A stretch of DNA of 64,000 nt from Phoronis australis (Eukaryota; Animalia; Phoronida), in assembly GCA_002633005.1 (NCBI GenBank), contig NMRA01000035.1, positions 897,059 through 961,058 of the forward strand. The letters run 5' to 3'. This document shows positions 54,533-64,000 of the stretch, in pieces. Within the stretch, counting starts at the first letter, position 1. Each line of letters starts with the position of its first letter. Both the position numbers and the translations under genes were made by a program. The notes under the pieces were generated by a model. The model was not told where the DNA came from and did not search any database. It saw nothing but the letters and a program-made list of their open reading frames with translations.

Positions 54533-55032
54533 AATTTAAAGCTGCATTTCCTTTTGTCAAGCTGTCCTATAAAACAATCAACACTAGGCCACAAATCCTT
54601 GTAGCAGCTGTCTTGAAAGAAATTAGTTTTGCCATTTTCAGAAGCCATTGTCACAAGAAACATTTTTTGTATTGATATGTCAATGAGTGCTTCAGAAAAT
54701 CATAGGGCGTGAATTTTGCAGGATTTTTAAGCATTTTTTCAGAGGGGAATGAGGCCAATATTCAACCCAAAAGGATTTCCTCTTTGTTGGTTTTGATTTC
54801 CTCTTTACTTCCAGTTTCCTCTTTTCTCGCCTGTTTTATCATTATTTTGACTTCATTCATGCAAGAACATTTATTTCAGTAAAATTTCACAACACAAAAT
54901 TATTTCTGCCACACAAACCTATTTCGTTGTGGAACGCTGCATCACCAGGAAAATTTTCCTCTTTTTGTCTTTGGTCATTCTAGGGCCAGCTTCAAACCTT
55001 GCCTTGTAAACTACTCATTGCTATATTGAATG

Positions 55033-55853
55033 CAGGGCTGCCAACTGTTACGGATTTATCCATAATCTAGTCCATACTTTAAGACCTAAAAATCACTACG
55101 TATGGATCTTCAAATGTTACGCATTTAAACACTTATTTCTCTTAAAAAATCTGATAAAAATTAAAATTATCTTTAACCTTGTCAGTGTTTTGAATCACCA
55201 CCTTGGCAGAGATTGGGGCAGGAAGTACAGGAAAGTGATGGAAATTGTTGAGAATGCAGGTTCCGACCAATAAGATGTATCCCAAGTACCATAGTGTAGA
55301 ATGCAATACGAAATTCATCTTTTGTAATCAATTGCATTTTTGCGAAGGGCTGGCCAATGAAAAATGCACTTTAATACATGGTTTTGCATTATGGGATATC
55401 ATATGCTTTGGAAAAATGTTAAGATGTCTAGAGAGCAAAATTTCGGAGATGAGTATACTGATGAATTAGATTACATTTAGATAACAAGAATGTTATTGTG
55501 TTTAATCATGCAGTCTTCAACACTGAGAACTTCGACATCTACAACACCTTTATGGATCAGGAATTATGAGATATATAGAGATTTGTGGGGCCGTAGTAGT
55601 GTGGGAAGAAATCGACCGTGCCGACAGGAAAAGCCGAAAAACATGAATGCGACGAGCTGAGTTATTACGTAATGTTGCTTTTTTAATTCAACACGATTTG
55701 AAATTGAAAGTCGTTGTTTTAGTGCGTGTCAATCCGTTTTGCGATTGAAATTTAAACTTCCTGAAAATGTTGGAAATTGTGCAAATTTTTGCTGGCAAAA
55801 TTTGCATTTTTAAGATGGTTACAGATTATGTGAGTAATGGGTTGACAGCCCTG
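55033..55853. mobile_element. Non-autonomous TIR DNA transposon (about 820 bp) with a 6-bp TSD TGAATG
   Basis: Left end CAGGGCTGCCAACTGTTAC (55033); right end reverse-complements to CAGGGCTGTCAACCCATTAC (ends 55853). TGAATG flanks both sides (55027-55032 and 55854-55859). Confidence 0.8.
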
Positions 55854-55882
55854 TGAATGTCTGCAGTTGGTGTTGACCTTGC

Positions 55883-56645
55883 TGATATATCAGTGAACAT
55901 CATTATGAATAAAATTTTAGAAATGGAGTGAAATAAACACAAGCCGTTGTAGCCGTAATAGGTTTTGTTATTTTGTTTAAAATGACTAGACACGTTATGG
56001 ATAAGCCCTTTGTCAAAGGTGTCTCGACTTTAAAAAAGTGAAACATTTATATGTTACAGAATAGTAACAAAACTCAAATATTGGACATGCATAAAACCAG
56101 GAAGAGATAACCAGGAAGGGACAACTAGCTAAACCGCCGTTTTTGGCCTCCTTCCCCGGTCTAATTTCAGGACTTAAGTTTCGTTTAAAAGGAAACAGAT
56201 GATTTTATCAGAGAGATTAAAGCTTTCTCTATAGAAAGATATCAAAAAAATCACTTTGCAACCTTAAACAGTGGTGTAATTGTACTTTAAAAATATCGAC
56301 TTCAGAGCACTCAATCGCAACTTCCCACACGCAGTCACGGGTATTTAAGCTTTTCCGTCGATGTATAGATGGCGCAGTAGTCAAGTACTCCCTCATTTGC
56401 ATATCAAATTTGCATGTGGGAGTTCTGNTGATATATCAGTGAACATCATTATGAATAAAATTTTAGAAATGGAGTGAAATAAACACAAGCCGTTGTAGCC
56501 GTAATAGGTTTTGTTATTTTGTTTAAAATGACTAGACACATGTTATGGATAAGCCCTTTGTCAAAGGTGTCTCGACTTTAAAAAAGTGAAACATTTATAT
56601 GTTACAGAATAGTAACAAAACTCAAATATTGGACATGCATAAAAC
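55883..56645. repeat. Near-identical direct duplication of about 215 bp (55883-56097 and 56429-56645) across a single N
   Basis: The copies differ only by a 2-bp indel; the second copy begins immediately after the N at 56428. Probably a haplotype-overlap assembly join. Confidence 0.85.
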
Positions 56646-57276
56646 GGATCTGAGCTTAACTCGTATAGTCGTGCTCAATGTACTTTTTTTAAGTCTCTGC
56701 ACTTGTTTTTTCAGATGAGTCAAATTTTGCCCAATTAGGATAAAATCTGAAAATTGCATTCCTTGCATTCCAGTAACTGAAATATATACCCCGCTAATAA
56801 TTCTTCACTTATTTAGAACAATATGGTCGACAAGTGAAATTCTATTTCGTCAAATTTCTTCAGAAAAATAAAGATTAATACGAAAAATCTTAATTTATTA
56901 CTAGTCCGGTATAAGGTGTAGATGTCATAACACATCACTGGCAAAGATTTCGCTATTTGTAGCAATCAGCCTTTTGAAAAATAGGAAAATGATAATATTG
57001 GCAATTGTTTTTGTGCGAAATAAAGTGCAGAATTACTTTAGTCAAACTGCGTTGTAATGAATCAGATTTTTAACTTTTCTCGCTTATAATGTTCTATTCC
57101 GCAAGTCCACAAGTAAACTATATTGCATACAACACAATTTGATTACAGCGAACTTTGGGTACAAAATCTTGTCGGATAGGTCCAAAGAGTGTTCATTGAA
57201 ATGTGAAACGATTGTAGTCACACATCACCAGACAATATCAGTAACAATTTTAATATAGTGCTGTATCCAACCAATG

Positions 57277-60200
57277 CTACCTTGTCCATTCCCACAATTG
57301 CATTGTGTGATCATAAAACGAGCAGCTAGCTATAAGATAATGTTCGCCATTCAGTTTCACACAGTCCAATTTTTCGGCAAGTTTTCCATCCGTAGGTTCA
57401 GAAAAAGTTTGCTCATTATTGGACCCACGCTGGCAAGACTTGCGGCACCAGTCGACACCATAAGCTAGTGACTCATGCTCCATATACGAGGCTATGACCT
57501 TGGCACTTCCATCATCTGGAACAAACAGTTAAGAGCAGTTTATCATTGACTCCCCTACTCATGACGGATAATATACACTTAGAACCAAAAGAATCAGTCC
57601 TGGCCAAATTACGATATCATGTGAACAAATAAATAAAATTTTCTGCTTTGCAGCTAATACAACAGATATCAGCCAAACAAATTGACACATCATCACTACT
57701 ACCGAGTCATTGGTCAGTGGCTGGTACGCCGAGACATTAGTCAGTGGCTGGTGCGCAGAGACATTAGCCAGTGGCTGGTGCGCCGAGACATTGGTCAGTG
57801 GCTGGTGCGCCGGGACATTGGTCAGTGGCTGGTGCGTCGGGATATTGGTCAGGGGCTGGTGCGCCAGCAAATTACATTAGTCATTGGCTGGATTTGCTTA
57901 TTGGTCTATTACACTGTCTGTAGTGCTATATCAAAGAGCTCTAGCTAGTTATATACAAACTTTGTACAAATGTACATGTTCCTGAGAAAATTGAGGTTCA
58001 CTCACCTCCCCTTACAACATCCTAAATCCACCAGGTGTCACACTGTTTCTACGACAAAGATTTATAAGTTGGTTTGATGCAAAGGTGAGACGATACCTGT
58101 AATATCCTGACAGTCTATGACATGGAAGCCATTGTGCATACATGCAGCCAGCAGCAGGTCTTTACAGTCGGGGTGCCACTTGAGTCTCCAAACACCTCCC
58201 CCTACATGCGTCTCACAAAGTGGTGACGCCATACGTCTTATGTCCCACAGGAAAACATGCTCATCATAACTGGAAAATAAACATTCCATTTGCCCGTCAT
58301 GACCGCTAATTCTGTCAACAACAAAATGACTGGTAATAACTGCTAGGGTGGTAAAGTTCTAATTACCGAATGGCTTAGTCTCCTCACTAACTTCCCTGTT
58401 AATTCCCCTTCATCCATCGCTAGTCATCAATTTATGTTGAATGTTTCATCCAAACACAACAGTTACAAATGACTCAAAAGGCACAAGGCATGCAGTTCAC
58501 CATGTAGTTTGTAAATGCTTTTTAAGGGTCTGTACAAACTCTCATTCCTTCGACTATGGAGCTTTTGTTGAGTGGTATTCTCTATTAACAGAATGCGTGA
58601 TATCGATGAAATGTCATGAGAGTTACCTGCCAGTAGCCAAAATGTTTTCTTCTTTGCTATTTTTCTGGATGCTACAAACACCAGCACTGTGCCTGTAAGA
58701 CATTTAGTAAGAAATATTTTTTTCTCTGAGATAAATTAACATTTTAAATCTGGTGACATCACAGAAGCCAGCCAACTGCCCAAAACTACACATCCAAGAT
58801 CATTTTCAATATGAACTTATAATTATGTTAATTTAACTCGACAGTAATAAAAAAATTATCAACAAAATAAAAAATGGTCAACTGTAATTGAAGAAATTGT
58901 AAAATTTATTAGTAATGCTTCATGCGCCTTCAAAATTAAGTAATTAAAACGAACCTTTTGCTGCAAAACGTAGGTAGCTGACATCGAACATCCCAACCTT
59001 TGAACTTTGAATCATCACCACCTTTGATGGAAACGTAAAATTTAAAGCATGTCAATTGCTTAAACTCAACAACAATTTTTAGTTCAAAATGTACTGTAGA
59101 AGAAGAAACAAAGATAAATGGAAAGAATGTAGGCACAACATACATAAAAACCTGAAATCATGCAGAAAATAATTTTAAAGGCTACTTGTATGCCATCTTA
59201 CCAGCCAATATTATAAACGGCCAAATTCAAGGTAAGTAAAATACTTTAATGATTAGAATCTATATGCTCATCCACGGACAACCAGAAAATTGCGTCTGCA
59301 ATATATTGAAAAAATAAATTTTCTTGGAAACACAGTGGGCAACATTTGCTCCAAAAAAACACTAGAACATTGGAAAATAAGCCTCTTACCAGAATAAACA
59401 ATATTTGTGTTCCAATAGTCAAAAGCTGCAATCCAGCTTTCGTAATCGTGAGCCTTCCACTGGTTTACCAACTCTGTGTCGCTGTTACTGACAGAAATAA
59501 CACTGATCTTGCCTTTTGAATCACTGACGGTGATTTGGGGAGTTTGACTAAAAAGTAGACAATGCTTTCATCATGTGCACTATAACAAAGCCACAAGAAT
59601 ACAATGCTTGGGTTGTTTAAACAGAGAAACAAGATTTGAGGGTCGACTTTAAATAAAGCATAGGCTTAAACAATACATGCCAAAAGTAATCGGACTAAAC
59701 ACTAAATATTGTTCTGACATGACGGAGACTTCTAGCTGCTCTGATGGTGAATTCTGCTTAGTCAGCCTTCATGACGAGTGAACTCGCGTACGCTCAGCCT
59801 GGGGAATTCCAGGAAATTTTGTTTGATTATTTTTCGTGTCTACTATGAAAACCAGAAACTTTTTAATAGTTGTGTGTGCCAGGAGCTTATGGTCGATTCA
59901 AAAAGTCACAGAGGGATACGTTCTGTAGACCCAAGAAACTTGGCGAAAAAAAGCAAGGCTACAATATATCATCATGCATTGCAAGCAAAGCAGGTTATCA
60001 TGATAGCTTTACTCGCAAAATTTGTGTCTACAGAACACCTCTAGGGCTACATTTTTGTCGGCTACGGCACATACAGGAAACAGATAAAGCATTGCCTAAA
60101 TGTGAAAAGTCTATTTAGTTAGTCACAGGTAAGTAAGTATTGAGAGCATTTTGGGAGCTGTAACTCCTTGCAGATGGACATTCATGGGATAATTTACTAA

Positions 60201-61963
60201 GTCCCAGCAGTACAAACTGGCAAATGAACATTACGTTGAACTTGGGCACTCATTATCTAAGGAAGTTTTTCTTTACTTGGCATTGTCTCAATACTCATTT
60301 TTCAAGGTCTACTGTCTATTCTATCAGTCTTTTCAAAGTGTGACAGTATTAAATTTGAGATAACTCCTCTGGAAGATATCAATGATGATTGCCATAAAAA
60401 ACAGCAAACAACTCGTTCAATACAGCCATTATATTTAACCTTCCAAGTTAACAGCTTACCTTGCACACAGCCCTGTGGACCAGTCTAATGATAATATCAG
60501 ACCACCTTCCGACACACACAAATCTGTCAGGTCAACCAAATGAGCGCCTGCATCAGGCTTAAGTGCCTTCAAGCTTAACTTCCCTGAAGCATCAGCGATA
60601 CCTGGAGAAATAATGCAAAATGCTGAAAATGCTGTTACTTCCAACACATCATGCAGTTCCATGAATTCAGTACTTGAGAATTGTTACCAGGTTCTGTATG
60701 AAAGTAAAACAATTCCGTTAAAGCAAAATTTTGTTTCACTCTCAAATTGTTGCTCGATCAAACTTGCGATGATTTCAAGTCTTTGAAAGACCTGGCAATT
60801 TGTTATTGCTTGAGACCAGGCTCTACAGTTTGATTGGCACGGCGTGTCATGCTATGTGCGGAACACGTTGTCACGGAATAATGAACTGTAAGTTCTTTGC
60901 AAACCCAGAAATCACTTCCCATATGAGTAAGGAAATTTATAGTGGCAAGCGGTTCAAATCAATTTTTTTCTTCTTGGATTAAACATGGATTTACAGCCAC
61001 CTTCAACAATATGAAAATTGGGTCGGAATCATCAAACCTTATTTTGCAACAACTGTTCTAAAGTGCAAGCTCACACATAAACTGTGACCTCGTTCATACA
61101 TGACCTCTAACCTCACTCATACATGAACTCTGACCTACAATTACCTAGGGCAGCATTATCTAGTAAAGCATTATGACACCATTTCATATCCAGGATGGCT
61201 GGAGCATCTGACTGTTGACATAAAGCCAGCTTGTTTTCCTCATCCTCCAAAGAGTATACCAGGTATCGTCCAAGTCTTTTAGTTTGTGGACACGTAGTTT
61301 CATCTGCTTCATTATCTTCCTGAAATAATGTACACAACAAATAAAAGTGTATTTCCATATTTAATTGATAGAAGCAACTTAATTTATGGTAAAAAAGAGA
61401 AGCCTTTTNNNNNNNNNNNNNNNNNNNNNNNNNNNNNNNNNNNNNNNNNNNNNNNNNNNNNNNNNNNNNNNNNNNNNNNNNNNNNNNNNNNNNNNNNNNN
61501 NNNNNNNNNNNNNNNNNNNNNNNNNNNNNNNNNNNNNNNNNNNNNNNNNNNNNNNNNNNNNNNNNNNNNNNNNNNNNNNNNNNNNNNNNNNNNNNNNNNN
61601 NNNNNNNNNNNNNNNNNNNNNNNNNNNNNNNNNNNNNNNNNNNNNNNNNNNNCGGAGGGGGGAAACCCCCCTCCCGACCTCCCCCCTCTCGGCGCCACGT
61701 GCCTCGGATTCGACCTTTGCGGGAATCCTAAACCCCCCCCTTACTGAAAACGTAGATCCGCCCCTGACTTCAAAATGACACCGTGCCATTTATATAGTTA
61801 TGAATTCAAAAAGTTAACTAACTCTTTGCCTCTCTTCTGCTGCCAGTTGGTACGTTCCACACACAACAACATTTTGGAATCCTTCAACAGGACACCACTC
61901 AATGGAGTCTGCACTGTATTCTGTGTCTATTCTTTGCAAGATACTGCAACTTGAGGACGTCAT
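57277..61963 (-). CDS. DPH7: Diphthine methyltransferase (methylesterase) DPH7/WDR85, WD40 protein, about 386 aa
   Basis: Exons 61823-61963 ([23 protein letters not shown]), 61145-61319 (AILDMKW), 60460-60601 (LSLDWS), 59390-59547 ([16 protein letters not shown]), 58955-59021 ([11 protein letters not shown]; AAG acceptor), 58627-58692 ([13 protein letters not shown]), 58097-58269 ([26 protein letters not shown]), 57277-57515 ([23 protein letters not shown]). Total 1161 nt in frame. Confidence 0.95.
57708..57890. repeat. 27-bp minisatellite (about 6 copies plus a partial copy) in the last DPH7 intron
   Basis: cattggtcagtggctggtgcgccgaga repeats at 57708, 57735, 57762, 57789, 57816 and 57843. 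It explains the spurious repetitive ORFs (HQPLTNV.. / QWLVRRDI..). Confidence 0.92.
61409..61651. other. Assembly gap (N run) in DPH7 intron 1
   Basis: 243 Ns. Confidence 1.
61652..61766. mobile_element. GC-rich end of a short interspersed/MITE-like repeat adjoining the gap
   Basis: C-run-rich sequence ending AGATCCGCCCCTG, a terminus typical of small invertebrate CAGGGGCGGATC-ended elements. The other end is lost in the gap. Confidence 0.55.
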
Positions 61964-62369
61964 TCTTTACCTAAAGACCTAAAGTACGACATAAGCATTT
62001 TCATTCGGACATTTCGTTCTTATGATCTATCAGAATGAATTTAAGCAGAGCCATACCTTTGTAGCTCACGTAAATTGGGTTAGGCCTTTTATTCTCATAA
62101 AACGGCCTACGTCTTTGTTTGTGGTTTAACAGGTTCTCATTCCAGGCAGACGTGTTACGTGTAAAAAAACCCAGGTTCAAGTCAGGACAGGACTCCTGGG
62201 CCGAGGAGATCGGAGGGGTGTCAGCCAATTTATTGAAATTGATTCACGAATACCAAAAAGAACACATTGTACAGTTCAGTTAATAAGTATGCCCAAAAGA
62301 CTTGTTAACGCATGTTAAGTTTCACAGAAATACTGGTAAACCGGGTATACAAACGAGAATTGTTCCAAC

Positions 62370-62480
62370 TCACCTATCGTCACGTTGTTTACCATATGCC
62401 ATTTATCGATCTCCTTTTCTAGAGTACTTCCTGTGAAATCACATGACCATGCGCCGCGATTTCTGAATTATCTTTTGTGC
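62370..62480 (-). promoter_or_regulatory. Candidate DPH7 5' non-coding exon/promoter
   Basis: Donor-like AG|GTGAGT (actcacct at about 62368-62375) upstream of the acceptor at 61971-61973; CpG-richer patch with TCACATGA and CTTCC motifs at about 62425-62460. Confidence 0.4.
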
Positions 62481-63012
62481 AATCAAAGTATGTTTGCTTT
62501 CCTTTCAAAAGAATCGTGGAGTCAAGTGATATATTTGGAATGTTCTACTTCGTTCGATAGGTGCTCATTAAATTAATGAACCGCCTTGGTGTGGGGCTTT
62601 TGATTCAATTTGTAACTCAAGCCGTGAAACACATTGTCATTTCAAATAACAGTATGATCATTTATCATACTCTCATATAATCATCGACACACTGGCTGTG
62701 TTGCCCTGTTCAGTGTAGATGTAGTCGATGTACACTGTACAATTTACTAGTGTTAGTGTACTACAGTGTAGTGTTCAATGGTGTTAGGCTGTCGGTGAGT
62801 GTCTGAGTGAGTGAATTAAAGCTGAAGGACACACAATTAAGTGTGCCGGGATGAAATCAGGTTGGCTGACTGTAGCCGTGGGATGCTATATCAATGTAAT
62901 GTTTTTTAATGTGTGCATAACTTGGGAACCAATATTGGCATAACTGAGTTCTTGTGAAAGTTGACACCCAGTCGCTTATCATTAAGACGGCGTGGAACAC
63001 GAAAAACAGCCT

Positions 63013-63560
63013 GACTAAATTGCAATTGGAAGTGGTTTTCTGGCACTGAAACAGAATACAAGCTGCTCACCAGGTTTTTTACGGTTTGTTCATAAAGATT
63101 TTTAATTTCTGTTGATATCAAAAGCATTTTCTTTTAGTTTCAAATTTAAAAAAAAATTGTCAATTGCTCACCACTTCGTCGATTTTCGTCCCACAAGTGA
63201 CAAAGCAAAGCACATCTTCTTATGGTATGGCATTAAGACATAGACATAGCACATTTCCCTTGTATGAAAAATGTGACCTTTGACCTCAAGAGACTTCAAG
63301 CAACCGACTCTTAAGTGGGAAGGAAATATCAGATTAGAAACTCTGTGGTAACCACAGAGTTTTCTCTTTGCGTGTATTTCAAAAATCGTGAATTTTGTGA
63401 TTTTTTTCTGGAAATTTCCTCACTTCTTCATTTGTGCGGTGATCGTCCGGTTTTTAATTCCTCACAGGGGAAAGTGAATTACTTTGTACTAGACGTTGCG
63501 AGATGGTACTTTCACCAGGAATTGTTTAAAAGATATAAAATTTTTCTCGATCTTTCATGG
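63013..63560 (+). mobile_element. Dispersed repeat of about 500 bp, copy 2
   Basis: Same family and orientation as 5690-6190, including the aaactctgtggtaaccacagagttt palindrome. Confidence 0.85.
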
Positions 63561-64000
63561 TCCATGCCTCTTTAACTTTTACAGCTTGGTTGGGCAGTAG
63601 TGCTCACCCATAGGAGGGGTTGTTAGGGAGGGAGCAAATGGGTATTATCTTGTTTTCATTTCTGTTCAGTGTTAGTTTCGTTTTTGGAACATTGGACATA
63701 TTTCTTGCATGCTCAGTTTAAGGATTATTGTGTTGGTGTGTGATTGTCTGGCCTTGGAAATTTCATGAATCCTTTGATTATCAAACCAAGGTAGTACGTT
63801 TTTTAATGTGAGCACAATGCTCTTTTGACTTGAGTGGCGTACATCCTGGGTATGTCTGACTGCCTCCAAATAATGATAATAATAATAATAATAGTCAACA
63901 GGGAACGTCGATTTTTTATGAAATTATTTACTTATGACAATATTTATTTTTGTGTTGTGCATGTTCAAGAACAATAAATTTAAATTTGATTTACCGGATT

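Noticed and set aside
57559-57948. Repetitive proteins from ORFs 57559-57870(-) and 57682-57948(+)
   Set aside because: The frames are open only because a 27-bp minisatellite lacks stops; the region lies inside a DPH7 intron.
61328-61789. ORFs spanning the N run
   Set aside because: These are artefacts of translating across the assembly gap.
62700-64000. A further plus-strand gene divergent from DPH7
   Set aside because: There is only a donor-like CG|GTGAGT at about 62795 and no recognisable coding exon in the window.
1-64000. The majority of the short 60-140 aa ORFs in the supplied track
   Set aside because: They are intronic, antisense or alternative-frame ORFs with no recognisable domains; only segments overlapping traced exons are supported.

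Overview
AT-rich genomic DNA from an animal, not a prokaryote. It is probably a marine invertebrate (lophotrochozoan-like by protein flavour), but the taxon cannot be fixed from sequence alone. Manual GT-AG exon tracing gives four protein-coding genes: (1) an ankyrin+PH OSBPL1A/ORP1L-like gene on the minus strand, 11 coding exons, running off the left edge; (2) a complete flightless-I (FLII) gene on the minus strand, 32 coding exons, about 1239 aa; (3) a plus-strand gene with a single coding exon encoding a membrane-anchored, catalytically degenerate Mab-21/NTase-fold protein that closely matches the Drp1 receptors MiD49/MiD51 (MIEF2/MIEF1), lying head-to-head with FLII as MIEF2 does in human; (4) a complete DPH7/WDR85 gene on the minus strand, 8 coding exons, about 386 aa. 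Introns hold many small hairpin/MITE-like repeats, a tRNA-derived tandem+inverted repeat, a LINE RT remnant, a THAP remnant and minisatellites. The main points of interest are the apparent invertebrate MiD49/51 orthologue with FLII microsynteny, and two independent tandem repeats built from exon/5' splice-site junctions. Homology calls come from remembered human protein sequences, not a database search.
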